NCBI GenBank assembly: GCA_963793445.1
Contig: CAWCAE010000001.1
Coordinates: forward strand, 287,321-351,320
Reading direction: 5' to 3'
Length of the DNA stretch: 64,000 bases
Source of the DNA: an uncultured cyanobacterium
GTDB taxonomy: Bacteria; Cyanobacteriota; Cyanobacteriia; Phormidesmidales; Phormidesmidaceae
Shown in pieces: positions 50,401 through 60,978 of this stretch. Position numbers and translations under genes: made by a program. Under the pieces are notes generated by a model. That model worked only from the letters and a program-made list of their open reading frames with translations. It was not told where the DNA came from and did not search any database. Position 1 is the stretch's first letter. Every line of letters starts with the position of its first letter.

Positions 50401-50895
50401 TTACTCAGCCACGTTGCCAGTGATCGCTTCGGTGGAGTCAGCGATCGCAGCAGGCGCAGCCCCAGCGATGCTCACTTTTACGACCTTGTTGCGCACATCT
50501 TCCGCCTTGGGAAGGTGCAGCACCAAAACGCCAGCCTCGTAGTTAGCACTGACCTCTGTAGGCTCAATACCAACCGGTAAAGATACGACTCTACGAAAAG
50601 CACCATAGCGGAACTCATTGCGACGCAAAGTTTCACCTTCGCCGACTTCTAGCGCAGGGCGCTGACCCGATACTGCGACCACTTCACGGCTCGCTTGAAT
50701 ATCAATTTTGTCAGCATCTACACCAGGTAGCTGCACGTGCAAGGTCAACGCCTCTTCACTTTCTACCAGCGTTGCCGCAGGTGTCCAGGTAGTTGGCGCA
50801 CTAGGCGCAGCAGTTAGCTCATCAAATAATTGATCTAACTGTTGCTTTACTACGTTTACTTCAGAAAACGGTTGCCAATAACGACGAACAAGCAT
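50401..50895 (-). CDS. hspA: small heat-shock protein Hsp20
   Basis: MLVRRYWQPF, LPGVD, EFRYGAFRRVVSLP, ANYEAGVLVLHLPK; AGGAG RBS. Confidence 0.93.
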   Translation of the reverse strand: MLVRRYWQPFSEVNVVKQQLDQLFDELTAAPSAPTTWTPAATLVESEEALTLHVQLPGVDADKIDIQASREVVAVSGQRPALEVGEGETLRRNEFRYGAFRRVVSLPVGIEPTEVSANYEAGVLVLHLPKAEDVRNKVVKVSIAGAAPAAIADSTEAITGNVAE

Positions 50896-51074
50896 GTTGC
50901 TTATCTCCTAATCTCGATGTCACTATGATGCCAATTCGGGTAGGCGATCGCGTAGTGAGAGAAACCCTACCCCTTAGTGGCAAAAGCCGAAATTCGGTTG
51001 GGGTACGGCAAGCCTCCAACGCATTCGGCATAATAGGAGCTAACTATCTATTCTGTAGCAGCCTTTTCTACCTC

Positions 51075-51866
51075 ATGACCCCAACAGTCCTTATTACCGG
51101 TGCCTCTAGAGGCATTGGCCTCGCCTTTGCTAATGTCTTTGCTCGTGAAAATCACAACCTTATTCTCGTTGCGCGCAGTGAAGATGAACTCAAAGAAATT
51201 CAGACAGAACTCAACGAGAAACATGGTGTGAACGTTGTTGTTTTAAGCTGCGATTTGACTGAGCCAGGTGCCGTTCAGCAGCTTTTTGAACAAATCGAAC
51301 AACAAAGTCTCACTGTAGACGTTCTGGTTAATAACGCGGGTTTTGGCGACTACGGCAAATTTGCAAGCGGTGACTGGGAAAAGTTACAGGGTATGATTTT
51401 GCTTAACGTTTTGGCGCTGACACAGCTTAGCCGACTGTTTCTTCCTGGTATGATCCAGCGCGGCAGCGGCCAGATTCTTAATTTGGGCTCTACTGCGGCC
51501 TTTCAGCCCGGTCCAATGATGGCTGTCTACTTTGCAACTAAAGCGTACGTGCTTTCTTTCAGCGAAGCGATCGCCGCCGAAGCCAAAGACAGCGGTGTCA
51601 CCGTGACTATCCTTTGTCCTGGCCCTACCCAGTCCAACTTTATCAGCGTCTCTAACATGGATAGAATGGCTGGTATGGGCAGTGTTACTGCCGATAAGCT
51701 ACCTACCGCTGCAGAGGTCGCTGAATACGGCTACGCTAGCCTGCAAAAAGGAAAAGTCGTCGCTGTTCATGGGACGCTTAACAAATTGCTAGCGTTTTCC
51801 CCACGCCTTGCGCCGCGTAAAGTCATTCGCGAAGGCGTCAAAAAATTCCTCAGCCCTAAAGCATGA
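51075..51866 (+). CDS. short-chain dehydrogenase/reductase (DltE-like)
   Basis: ITGASRGIG, NNAGFG, YFATK; ATG 51075. Confidence 0.92.
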   Translation: MTPTVLITGASRGIGLAFANVFARENHNLILVARSEDELKEIQTELNEKHGVNVVVLSCDLTEPGAVQQLFEQIEQQSLTVDVLVNNAGFGDYGKFASGDWEKLQGMILLNVLALTQLSRLFLPGMIQRGSGQILNLGSTAAFQPGPMMAVYFATKAYVLSFSEAIAAEAKDSGVTVTILCPGPTQSNFISVSNMDRMAGMGSVTADKLPTAAEVAEYGYASLQKGKVVAVHGTLNKLLAFSPRLAPRKVIREGVKKFLSPKA

Positions 51867-51988
51867 GCCTCACGTCATAGGTTCTCACCTTGGACTTCGA
51901 CTGCGCTCAGCCCTTAGGCAGCGGTGAGCCCAGCATTGATCGTAATCAAAATGCGTTTTACAGATCGTTTGACCGACTTGCTGACCTA

Positions 51989-53224
51989 TCACTGCAACAG
52001 TAAAAAAACTGCCTGCAAGCCTCCAATTACGAACCCCAAAATTCCACCTAAATTCACGATTGCCTGTAGCTCACTGCGCACGATCGTTTGAATCGCGCCC
52101 TCCAGCTCTGTTGGCGACGTTCCATTCACCCGATCAACAATCACCTGATCGATATTCAAAATTGGAATTGCCTGCATCACAATCACCTCTAGGTCTCGTT
52201 CTAAATAGCGTTCTAGTATCAGCGCTAGTTCATAGCTCACTGTCTCTAGCGACTCACTCATCACTGGCGATGTCTGAAGTCGTCCTAATAGCTGCGCTGC
52301 TAGCTTTTCCCAGTCGATAGATGCACTCACTGATTCAAGTAGGCTGCTGCCGTTTTCTTTCAGATATGTCTTAATCGTTTGCCGCAGCGTACTTCGCAGC
52401 TTGCGTACGGTTGCTACGGGCAGTTCTTGTAGCGAAAACTGCACCAGCCACCGCTGCAAACGAACCTTGACGCCTAGCCCTGCCGTTAGTTCTGCAATTC
52501 GCATGTTGCTTTTTTCTGGCTCGTTCACACAGACCGCCCGCAGGCGAGTCAGCGCATTGCGCACGCCAAAGATGTTGGCAACCACCCAGTAGGTGCCACT
52601 GGTTTTGGCGCGTAGCGTTTCATCGATGACCTGAATGTTATAGTCACTCAAAAAATCGACTAGCAGTTGACGCACGCGGTCAGGCGGTAGCAATCCGTTG
52701 ATCATCCAGTCAGAAACTTGGGCGGCCTGTTCTTCGGCAAGCTGAAAGTCCATCAGCACCCGATCAAAAATCTGGTTGATCTGGGCCTCTAAAAAGTCGT
52801 CTTGCCGTGACCAAACCTTGATCAGACGCGGCAGTGACTGTCCGACCAAATCCTGCAAAATATTGCCCAAAATCTGAGCGGTTTTATTTTTCGTATGGCT
52901 ACCCTGCATTTGCTCTAGCGCCAGACGCAGCAGCCAGTTAATCGCCTTTTCAATGCGCTCAGTTTCTAGTAGGCGGCGAGCTAGCTTTTGCAATTCTTCC
53001 GGGGTAAGAAGCGATCGCATGATTACATCCGACACCTTTTTGGCCAGTCGCTGCTGATTGCTCGGAATTAACCCCGGTGTAAACGGAATCCTTTGCCCAA
53101 ACAAATGCTTCGCCTCATACGGACGAAACAGCATTTTGATGGCCACATCGTTTGTAAAATAGCCAATTACCCCGCCTAAAATTGGCGGCAGCAACACTAT
53201 CCACAGATCTATTTCTGTGCTCAT
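51989..53224 (-). CDS. DUF445 family protein
   Basis: [41 protein letters not shown]. Confidence 0.9.
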   Translation of the reverse strand: MSTEIDLWIVLLPPILGGVIGYFTNDVAIKMLFRPYEAKHLFGQRIPFTPGLIPSNQQRLAKKVSDVIMRSLLTPEELQKLARRLLETERIEKAINWLLRLALEQMQGSHTKNKTAQILGNILQDLVGQSLPRLIKVWSRQDDFLEAQINQIFDRVLMDFQLAEEQAAQVSDWMINGLLPPDRVRQLLVDFLSDYNIQVIDETLRAKTSGTYWVVANIFGVRNALTRLRAVCVNEPEKSNMRIAELTAGLGVKVRLQRWLVQFSLQELPVATVRKLRSTLRQTIKTYLKENGSSLLESVSASIDWEKLAAQLLGRLQTSPVMSESLETVSYELALILERYLERDLEVIVMQAIPILNIDQVIVDRVNGTSPTELEGAIQTIVRSELQAIVNLGGILGFVIGGLQAVFLLLQ

Positions 53225-53994
53225 ATTTGCTGTGCGCCTTCGTTCATTGCCTTTGCCTTAGAGGCCACCAAAACGCCCATCATGCCGCCCGCAATCGGAT
53301 AGTGCACTGCTTGAGCAAATCCTGCTGCCGTGGCCAAACTCATCTGCTCTGGCCCCAACGGAAAGCGCTCGACGCTAGGCCCAATGTAAGCGTACTCCTC
53401 ACTCATGCCTAGGCGCTTAGCGGCTGGCACGACTACCGTTTCCAAATACCACTTTTGAAACTGCACAACCAGCGGATTTGTTGGCCTGTGAAAGTCAAGT
53501 ATCGCCGCCGTTGCGCCTGGTTTCAATACGCGATTGAGCTCGCTCAACCCTTGCAAAATATTCGTTAGATTGCGTAATCCGTAAGCCATTGTTGCTGCGT
53601 CAAAGCTGCTGTCGGGGAAAGGCAGCGCTAGCGCATCGGCCTCGATCCACTTGATGCGGTTTTGTAGATGAGGGCTGCGCTGGGCTGCGATCGCCAGCTG
53701 CTCGGTCGCAAAATCTGCGCCTGTCACCTGACCAGTTGGCCCTACTCGCTGAGCCAAAAGCATCGCCAAATCGCCGCTGCCACAGCACACATCCAAACAG
53801 GCCATCCCAGCCGCCGCCCCACTCCAGCGCACCGCCATTTGCTTCCACACCAGATGTAGCCCCAGGCTCATATCCTGATTCATCTGGTCATATTGCGGCG
53901 CAATTCGATCAAATAGCTGTCGAATTTGCTGGGCCTCTGGCTGAACCGAAGCCGTCAGCGAACTATGATTTGTGTCGGTTGGCGGCGATGTCAT
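53221..53994 (-). CDS. menG: demethylmenaquinone/demethylphylloquinol methyltransferase (UbiE/MenG)
   Basis: [35 protein letters not shown]; 4-nt overlap with DUF445. Confidence 0.9.
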   Translation of the reverse strand: MTSPPTDTNHSSLTASVQPEAQQIRQLFDRIAPQYDQMNQDMSLGLHLVWKQMAVRWSGAAAGMACLDVCCGSGDLAMLLAQRVGPTGQVTGADFATEQLAIAAQRSPHLQNRIKWIEADALALPFPDSSFDAATMAYGLRNLTNILQGLSELNRVLKPGATAAILDFHRPTNPLVVQFQKWYLETVVVPAAKRLGMSEEYAYIGPSVERFPLGPEQMSLATAAGFAQAVHYPIAGGMMGVLVASKAKAMNEGAQQI

Positions 53995-54045
53995 AACGGC
54001 GGTGCTTTGTGCTATTTCTGCTCAGACCTGATAGTTGAGTGCCCT

Positions 54046-54135
54046 CTTAGAGTTTACCGTCTTAAAGCTGGCACTCTCAAAGTTCACAGCCTTAAATTCC
54101 ATAGCTTTGAAGTCCGTAGTCTTAAATTCTATAGT
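54046..54135. repeat. six degenerate 15-nt tandem units (consensus about CTTAAAGTTCATAGT) in intergenic DNA
   Basis: cttagagtttaccgt/cttaaagctggcact/ctcaaagttcacagc/cttaaattccatagc/tttgaagtccgtagt/cttaaattctatagt. Confidence 0.75.
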
Positions 54136-54224
54136 GAAAAAAAGCCCGAACGATGGTTGTAAAGAACCACCATTCGGGCAACACGCTAGAACACGAATTG
54201 GTTATTTACCCCTGCAAGATACGG

Positions 54225-55130
54225 CTACAAAACGGCTGCTTTTAGACTCAATGCTACTTGAGGCGCGATGAGATTTAGCAATTGAGAGACGTCGTCGAGC
54301 TTACTGTAAGCAGTCTTCCACTGAAGCGAGAGCACAGCTAGTAACCCACCTCGATAGACGACCGGGGCGACTAAATGGCACTCGGTACCCGTTGCATAGA
54401 GTGCTTCATTCACAATGGCTGGATTGGACTGTACATTTGTTATGTATTTCACGGTTTGGCTCGTTAGCGCTGACTGTATCAAGCTATTTTCTGCGATCGC
54501 ACCCCCGTCCTCTCCACTGTTTGCGCCCTCGGCCCCCTGCCTATCTGCCAGTAGTAGCGAGCAGGTATCTGCATACAAAATTTGACCAAAGCTCTCTGCC
54601 AAAAATTCTAGCGCTTCCATCTTTTCCATTGCCTGCGCTGCAATCTGGCCCACAGCCATCATCAACTTCGACTGCTTTTCTGCGAGGTGCAGCTCCTGAT
54701 TCTGACTCTTGATCAGCTCATAAGTCTCTGAAGCTCTATCAACCACATGTTTGAGTTCGTCACGGTCCCAAGGTTTAGTGATGTACTGGTAAACTTGGCC
54801 TGCATTGATCGCTTCTACAAGGTCTTCTACATCTGTAAAGCCAGTCAGAATAATCCGAACGGTATCTGGAAAATCGGGCACTGTTTTACTCAAAAATTCT
54901 GTGCCCTTCATTTCGGGCATCCGCTGGTCCGAGATAATGACCGCGACTTCCCCTTCATCTGAAAGCACGTCTAGCGCCGCAACGCCACTTTCGGCCCGCA
55001 GCACCTTAAACTCGCGGCGAAACGTTCGATATAGCAGATCTAAATTGTCGGGTTCATCATCGACAACCAGCATACGAGGTTTTTTAGAGGGCTTATGGCT
55101 CGCCAGGGTCAGTGGGCTGATGTTGCTCAT
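54225..55130 (-). CDS. response regulator (receiver plus GAF-like domain)
   Basis: LVVDDEPDN, IISDQRMP, LTGF, YITKPW; C-terminal HLVAPVVYRGGLLAVLSLQ. Confidence 0.88.
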   Translation of the reverse strand: MSNISPLTLASHKPSKKPRMLVVDDEPDNLDLLYRTFRREFKVLRAESGVAALDVLSDEGEVAVIISDQRMPEMKGTEFLSKTVPDFPDTVRIILTGFTDVEDLVEAINAGQVYQYITKPWDRDELKHVVDRASETYELIKSQNQELHLAEKQSKLMMAVGQIAAQAMEKMEALEFLAESFGQILYADTCSLLLADRQGAEGANSGEDGGAIAENSLIQSALTSQTVKYITNVQSNPAIVNEALYATGTECHLVAPVVYRGGLLAVLSLQWKTAYSKLDDVSQLLNLIAPQVALSLKAAVL

Positions 55131-55325
55131 AAGAGATGATCGCCTTTCAGGAAATATGAGAAGAGTGTCGCGTGATGGCCGTAGAAATGGCTGCTCGCTC
55201 TCTCATTAAGCCCAAGCCGCAATGATAAGTAACCGTTTTGTCGCTCTCTAGCTTCTCAGTATTTCAACCGTATAGAACTGAATTTAGACAAGTCTAACGA
55301 CCCGTAAGCTTGGTGGAAAATCACT

Positions 55326-55697
55326 CTATTTACTAAGCTCTAATAGCTCTACTACGTTGCCGTCTGGATCTTTGACAAACAAAGCCGATCGGCCAGATGA
55401 ACTCATCTGAAAAGGCATGTTTGTCTCAATCAAAGACTGCTTTACTGCTGCTAGGTTATTAATAGCAAATGTAATATGTGGGTGCCGTCCCCACTTATCT
55501 TCTCGCACCGGATTTTTGGCCCATTTGCTAACAATCAAATGAAGCTGAAAATCACCTATTTGATACCAGCTACCCGGAAAAGATAGCTGCCGATCTACTT
55601 TGCTAAGACCGACGACCTGCGAATAAAATTTGTCGGCTGCGGCCAAGTCACTCACCTGCACAGCAACGTGAAGCGGATACAAAATATCAACCATCAT
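55326..55697 (-). CDS. VOC/glyoxalase family protein
   Basis: HVAVQVSDL..A.KFY, QLHL, HITF, LFVKDPDGNVVEL. Confidence 0.9.
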   Translation of the reverse strand: MMVDILYPLHVAVQVSDLAAADKFYSQVVGLSKVDRQLSFPGSWYQIGDFQLHLIVSKWAKNPVREDKWGRHPHITFAINNLAAVKQSLIETNMPFQMSSSGRSALFVKDPDGNVVELLELSK

Positions 55698-55783
55698 TTT
55701 TACCTAACTACCAATTCACCCTATTATCTACGGGGTGTTGGCCGATGTAGCACTCCCTCAAAAGATTACTCAAAAGATAGCGA

Positions 55784-56740
55784 ATGAAACTTTTATTTTG
55801 GTCGGGCCTGCTAATGGGTGGGCTGCTGGTGATATTGCTACTTGCAGAGCTGGTTTTACGGTTTGGCTTTGGGTTTGGACGGCCACCGCTATATGTCGCC
55901 GATGACACTATGGGCTATCGACTAGCCCCCAACCAGAAGGTCAGGCGTTTGGGTAACCGGATTTGGATCAATCAATATTCCATGCGTGCAGGCGCGATCG
56001 CTCCCACCCCGGCCTCAGATACCCTGCGCCTTTTTCTGCTAGGTGATTCTTTAGCCAATGGTAACTGGTGGACTGACCAAGACGACATACTATCAGCGCT
56101 TATTGCTCAGCAGCTTCAGCCCATACTGCCAGCGGGCTATACCCAGGTAGAAGCGCTTAACGCTTCTGCTAACTCTTGGGGACCGCGAAATGAGCTGGCC
56201 TACCTATCACGCTACGGTACTTTCGATGCGCAAGTGCTAGTGCTGTTACTTAATACTGACGACTTATTTGGCACTGAGCCCACCGCTTTACAGGTTGGGC
56301 GCGATCGCAGCTACCCTAGCCAAAACTATCCCTTTGCGCTCACTGAAATACTCAGTCGGTTTACTCAAAAAGATCAGCTCATTCCCGGACTCAAAGAGAT
56401 TCAAGATGAAGGCGGCGATCGCGTCGGCAAAAACCTCAGCGCCATTAGCGGCATTCAGCAAAAGACAGTCGCCGCAGGCGGCAGCTTTATTCTGATTCTC
56501 TCTCCTCTAAAGCGCGAACTTCCCGGCCCTCGCGACTACGAACTTGTTGCTCGCGAAAGGCTTCAAACGTGGGCTACGGATAATAGCATCGCCTACTTAG
56601 ACTTGCTATCCACCTTTGCGCAAACCGCCGATGCTGACAGCCTCTATCGCGATCACATTCACCTTAGCCCAATCGGTAACCGGCTAGTTAGCGGCCTCGC
56701 AGCCCAGGCCGTTGTTAAGTCGCTAACGCAACCAGATTAG
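55784..56740 (+). CDS. SGNH/GDSL hydrolase family protein
   Basis: LGDSLANG, ANSWG, NTDD, DHIHL; N-terminal TM. Confidence 0.88.
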   Translation: MKLLFWSGLLMGGLLVILLLAELVLRFGFGFGRPPLYVADDTMGYRLAPNQKVRRLGNRIWINQYSMRAGAIAPTPASDTLRLFLLGDSLANGNWWTDQDDILSALIAQQLQPILPAGYTQVEALNASANSWGPRNELAYLSRYGTFDAQVLVLLLNTDDLFGTEPTALQVGRDRSYPSQNYPFALTEILSRFTQKDQLIPGLKEIQDEGGDRVGKNLSAISGIQQKTVAAGGSFILILSPLKRELPGPRDYELVARERLQTWATDNSIAYLDLLSTFAQTADADSLYRDHIHLSPIGNRLVSGLAAQAVVKSLTQPD

Positions 56741-56762
56741 GCCAGCTTGGTCAACCCACATG

Positions 56763-57872
56763 TCAACTAGTCACCGCAACTGGCATTGGCTCTAGCGCTA
56801 GCTGCAAATCGGCAGATGAGTGCCAACCCTTGCCACCTAGTGCCATCTGCTCAATTATGCTTGCCAACCGCAGTGCCTTCAGCGCCTGCTCACCACCGAC
56901 AGAGGGCTGATTTCCGCCTCGCACACACTGTACAAAATGCTCCAGCTCAGCGTGCAGCGGCTCAGTGTTGCTGGTATATACCTGCTCAATCAAACCGTCT
57001 TGACGGTACATCACCTGACCGTAAGCAGCCATGCAATTCTCCGTTGTCTGACGGTGAATCTCAATTTTATTGTTTAAAAAATCCGCTTCTGTCAGCGAAT
57101 TTCGACAGTGAGCCGAAACCGTTCGAATTTTACGATGCGTTACTTTGCTGGCCGTCACCGTTGCCACGATCCCATTCGCAAAGCCCAGCGTCGCCGTGAC
57201 ATAGTCCAGATAAGGCGAATTTGTGCCCTTGCTCCCACTTGCCGTTAGCTTCACCACCGGCGATGCTGCCAGCTCTAAAATTAAATCAATGTCGTGAATC
57301 ATCAAATCGAGTACGACAGAGACATCATTCGCCCGCTTAGAGTACGGGCTCATCCGTCGAGCCTCAATCGCTAGCACCTCTTCGGTTCTAAGCACGTTGT
57401 GTAGCTCTTTAAAGGCCGGATTGAAGCGCTCAATATGGCCCACTTGCAGAATGCAGTTCAAATCAGCCGCTGCGTTGACCAACGACTCTGCTTCCCCAAT
57501 GCTCGCCGCAATTGGCTTTTCGATCAGGACATGTACACCCGCTTTCAGGCAGGTCATACCGACCTGATGGTGCAAGCGGGTAGGCACTGCTACACACACA
57601 GCGTCCACGTGCTCTAGCAGCTTTTGATACTGGTCAAAATAGTGAACCTGATACTTACTGGCTGTCTCAATTCCCAGCTCTGCGTTGACATCTGCAACAC
57701 CGACTAGCTGCACATCTTTTAATCGAGAGAGTACCCTGGCATGGTGCTGCCCCATATTTCCGACCCCAATTACTCCCAGCCTCACTAGATTAGGACGGTT
57801 ACCGCTATAGGGTTTGGCATTAGAAAGGGATAAAGGTTGGCTTTGCACGATCTCACACCTCTTATGCAACAT
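56763..57872 (-). CDS. Gfo/Idh/MocA family oxidoreductase
   Basis: GVIGVGNMG, HVLIEKPIA, VGHIERFNP, DLMIHDID. Confidence 0.92.
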   Translation of the reverse strand: MLHKRCEIVQSQPLSLSNAKPYSGNRPNLVRLGVIGVGNMGQHHARVLSRLKDVQLVGVADVNAELGIETASKYQVHYFDQYQKLLEHVDAVCVAVPTRLHHQVGMTCLKAGVHVLIEKPIAASIGEAESLVNAAADLNCILQVGHIERFNPAFKELHNVLRTEEVLAIEARRMSPYSKRANDVSVVLDLMIHDIDLILELAASPVVKLTASGSKGTNSPYLDYVTATLGFANGIVATVTASKVTHRKIRTVSAHCRNSLTEADFLNNKIEIHRQTTENCMAAYGQVMYRQDGLIEQVYTSNTEPLHAELEHFVQCVRGGNQPSVGGEQALKALRLASIIEQMALGGKGWHSSADLQLALEPMPVAVTS

Positions 57873-58239
57873 TTGATGAGCAGGTAATATTTGGCAGGCA
57901 GAACTACAGATAGCTTATTCCAAGCTGGACTAGAGCTTTCCATCTCGAAAAAAGCTCTCTGACTTGACAAAGCTAGAGCATAGTGGCCAATTTATATCAA
58001 TTCAATGCAACCAATTTTTTAATGCAGTCGTATAGCTAAAGATTCAGGTGCATGCAATTGGCCTTTAGCAGTGGCCACCCTAGTACACAGTGCATGAAAA
58101 TCGCGGGGTGTAAAAGTAGCAGTGCGTAAAAGTAATGACGCGCCTGTTTAGAACTATCAATAATGTAAACAGTACTATAGAAATACTAAAAAAAGTGACG
58201 AACCGTTGGCCGATCGTCTGTGCCGCTTTTCAGATTTGA

Positions 58240-59655
58240 CTACCTATCTGCTACTCTTTTTAGTGCTGTGGTCATCCCAGCATTCCTAAGCATTAAGGCT
58301 TTCCCAGGCCGGCGGATCTGAATCTTGACTAGCTTGGGCCCCTCAGCCGCTAGCACTGTAAGGACCAAGTCTCGATAGGGCAATTTGTCGTTAACGGCAG
58401 GAATTTTCTGCAGCTCATAGATGACAAACCCACCGAGTGTGAGATAAGCATCACTAGTTGGCAAAGATAGTGAGAGCCGCTCATTCACCTCTTCGAGATC
58501 GGTTTGGGCTGGAAAGATAATAGTTTGACTGTCTTTGATCACAATTTGAGCATCTGGGTCAGTGCCGCCAACATCACCAATAATCTCTGCGGCTAAGTCT
58601 CTAAATGTTACTAGTCCTGCTGTTCCCCCGTATTCATCGACTGCGATCGCCATTTCTCTAGCAGAGCGCCGCATTTGATTACGCAGCTCGCTGAGCGGGA
58701 GGGATTCTGGCACCACGCGAGCAGGCGTTACCCATGGTGAAATTATCGTATCAGGCTGAAGGGCTCCTTCAGAGAGCGCCGATGCCAGATCGTTAAAGTG
58801 AATAATACCTAAAATATCGTCTAGTGACTCTCCCATTACCGGGTAGCGTGAATGACCCGAGACGACAATTTCGTCAAGTAAATCTTGAAAAGTAGCCTGT
58901 CTTGACAGCGCTGCAATGCGTGTTCGCGGCACCATAATTTCTTCTACTGTTGCGTCTCTAAATTCAAAGACGTTGTTGAGAATCTCTCGATCTTCGTGCT
59001 CAAGATCTGGGATTTCTGTTGAGGTAGTGATCAGTAGCCTTAGTTCTTCAGGCGTCACCCGACCATAGTCGCTAGCACTACTGTCTTTAACGCCTAGAAG
59101 AGACAGCAGCAGCGTCGTCGATTGATTGAGCAGCCAAACGAATGGATGAAGCAAACGGGCAATCGTTAAGCTTGATGGACCCAATATGCGAGCGATGTGC
59201 TCAGGGTAGCTTAGCGCAACTGACTTTGGACAAAGCTCGCCCAGCACAATCTGCAAGTAGGCCATCAGTAAAAAAGCTACCGGTATTGCCGCCGAATGCG
59301 CTAAAAACTGGGCCACATCAACGGAAACTGGCAAACGGGAAAACAAATGCCGAACCAATGCGGCTACGGTCTGTTCTCCAATCCATCCGAGCGCTAGGCT
59401 AGAGAGCGTAATGCCCAGCTGCGTCGTTGATAGCAAGCTATTGATTTTGTACTGTAGCTGCTGAACGGTTTTCGCTTGTATATCGCCAGCTGATACTAGT
59501 TGATTGATGCGCGATCTGCGGACCGATACAATCGAAAACTCTACCGTGACAAAAAAAGCGTTCAGTAAGATCAGCGCCACCACCGATAACAGCCGTGTGG
59601 TTATATCTGGCCAAGTAAGCGACGGTGAAAGCAGAAGCAATAAAGCTGATGACAC
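58240..59655 (-). CDS. hemolysin/CorC family protein (DUF21-CBS-CBS-CorC)
   Basis: NAFFVTVEFSIV, TQLGITLSSLALGWIGE, GELCPKS, IMVPR, HSRYPV, VDEYGGTAG. Confidence 0.92.
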   Translation of the reverse strand: MSSALLLLLSPSLTWPDITTRLLSVVALILLNAFFVTVEFSIVSVRRSRINQLVSAGDIQAKTVQQLQYKINSLLSTTQLGITLSSLALGWIGEQTVAALVRHLFSRLPVSVDVAQFLAHSAAIPVAFLLMAYLQIVLGELCPKSVALSYPEHIARILGPSSLTIARLLHPFVWLLNQSTTLLLSLLGVKDSSASDYGRVTPEELRLLITTSTEIPDLEHEDREILNNVFEFRDATVEEIMVPRTRIAALSRQATFQDLLDEIVVSGHSRYPVMGESLDDILGIIHFNDLASALSEGALQPDTIISPWVTPARVVPESLPLSELRNQMRRSAREMAIAVDEYGGTAGLVTFRDLAAEIIGDVGGTDPDAQIVIKDSQTIIFPAQTDLEEVNERLSLSLPTSDAYLTLGGFVIYELQKIPAVNDKLPYRDLVLTVLAAEGPKLVKIQIRRPGKALMLRNAGMTTALKRVADR

Positions 59656-59701
59656 GACAAAAGGTAGAGCTAACCAATGAACTGAAAAACTTAAAGATGG
59701 C

Positions 59702-59953
59702 TCAGTTACTGCTGTCAGTCATGCGAGCTTTGACATTATCGATTATTTTATCTTCATCAAGCAAAGTTAATCCAGTCTGGTCACCGCCGCTGCGATTTGC
59801 GGTGGCGGCGTTAGAAGGACGAGTTTCGGGCTGCCGAACGCCTGTTAGCGCCTGCCGACCAATGGCATATCCCCAAGATGAGCTCACGATACCTGCCCCA
59901 AACATCATTGTCAGCAAAATGAGCGTAAAAGCAACGGCTGGATTAATTCTCAT
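59702..59953 (-). CDS. small membrane-anchored hypothetical protein
   Basis: FTLILLTMMFGAGIVSSSWGYAIGRQALTGVRQP...LLDEDKII. Confidence 0.7.
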   Translation of the reverse strand: MRINPAVAFTLILLTMMFGAGIVSSSWGYAIGRQALTGVRQPETRPSNAATANRSGGDQTGLTLLDEDKIIDNVKARMTDSSN

Positions 59954-60121
59954 GAGAAACTAGCAGAAGAAAAGAACTAGCAAAAGGAAACAAGTGTGCG
60001 TTTGTGAGTTGTGCCTATCACCTTTGGAGTCTACCCGATATCAATCTAATCTAATACGTTTTGATGGCTACACGTATACATATGCGCTCTAGACCTCTGC
60101 GGTCATATTCTCGGGGCAATA

Positions 60122-60172
60122 TTTCTCTGATATCCCTGCAATATCTTTCTCTGATATCCCTGCAATATCTTT
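60122..60172. repeat. perfect 24-bp tandem duplication
   Basis: TTTCTCTGATATCCCTGCAATATC at 60122 and 60146. Confidence 0.9.
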
Positions 60173-60360
60173 GGGATGGCAATAAACTCTAATCGAAGTT
60201 GTCTTCCAAAGCTGTATTCCCTTATGTACGGATACTGTGTAGATGCTCTTTTCATGCAAATGCTCTTTAATAAAAAGCGTTTTTTAAGAAGGCCATCTTA
60301 ATATTTTTAGAGAATGCCACCACAACTCAGCCAGTTGAGATAGTATATTAACCTCAATCA

Positions 60361-60433
60361 CCAGGGTTGGCCGAGCGGATTAGGCAGCGAACTCATAATT
60401 CGCCCCAGGCAGGTTCAACTCCTGCACCCTGGA
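60361..60433 (+). tRNA. tRNA with CAU anticodon, most likely tRNA-Ile2 (lysidine-modified); CCA not encoded
   Basis: Acceptor CCAGGGT/ACCCTGG, anticodon arm GCGAA-CTCATAA-TTCGC, T-arm GCAGG-TTCAACT-CCTGC; lacks initiator hallmarks (no C1:A72 mismatch, no three G-C pairs). Confidence 0.9.
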
Positions 60434-60471
60434 TTTTTCATTGGCCGCCAAAAAAATGCGCCAACGAACAC

Positions 60472-60494
60472 AAAAAGGACCCGCAAGAGTCTTT
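60472..60494 (-). terminator. possible terminator between the tRNA and the convergent gene
   Basis: AAAAAGGACCC-GCAA-GAGTCTTT imperfect hairpin with A-run. Confidence 0.4.
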
Positions 60495-60528
60495 CTGCTC
60501 TAGTACTCAATTTTCGACAGGCGAACCC

Positions 60529-60978
60529 TTACCGTCGCGGCAACGGCTCAAAGTTTAGCTCACTGCCGACAACGCGGCTGTTGAACTGAGAGGTTGGCAG
60601 TAGCTGAACTGACGTAGTGTAGGGGTTGGGTAGATCAGGGACTCGAACCGTAGGTGTGTTTTGCGTTTGCAAAATGAGTAGTTCTTCGATAGTGCCCGAT
60701 AGTGCTGCGGTATCTCGATTGAGGCTGTGCTCGGGAAATCCACCGATACCAGTTATAAAGCTGAGCCGCGAAGAAAAGCTACGGTTACGATAGTAGTCTC
60801 CTGATCGCTGCTCGCTAATGCGTTCTATGGCGTCTAGAACGGTCTCAGGCTCTGCTTGGGCCTTAGCCGCAGGTGATAAGAGCGCGACTACAGCGATCGC
60901 ACCAGCCACGCTCACAAGGCCAGCCAAAAGGCCAATGGCCGCCCCGTCTTTTGATCTAACCGCCAATCTAATAGTCAT
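60529..60978 (-). CDS. hypothetical exported protein
   Basis: Signal-like hydrophobic segment ending PAAKAQA; YYRNRS..GFPE..LNRD. Confidence 0.7.
   Translation of the reverse strand: MTIRLAVRSKDGAAIGLLAGLVSVAGAIAVVALLSPAAKAQAEPETVLDAIERISEQRSGDYYRNRSFSSRLSFITGIGGFPEHSLNRDTAALSGTIEELLILQTQNTPTVRVPDLPNPYTTSVQLLPTSQFNSRVVGSELNFEPLPRR

Noticed and set aside
54035-54271. 78-aa ORF with LK/LN pentads
   Set aside because: Product of the degenerate 15-nt array, overlapping the regulator's 3' end; no independent support.
60361-60433. tRNA as an integration site for an island
   Set aside because: No integrase and no duplicated tRNA 3' end in the window; the flanking genes look like core genes.
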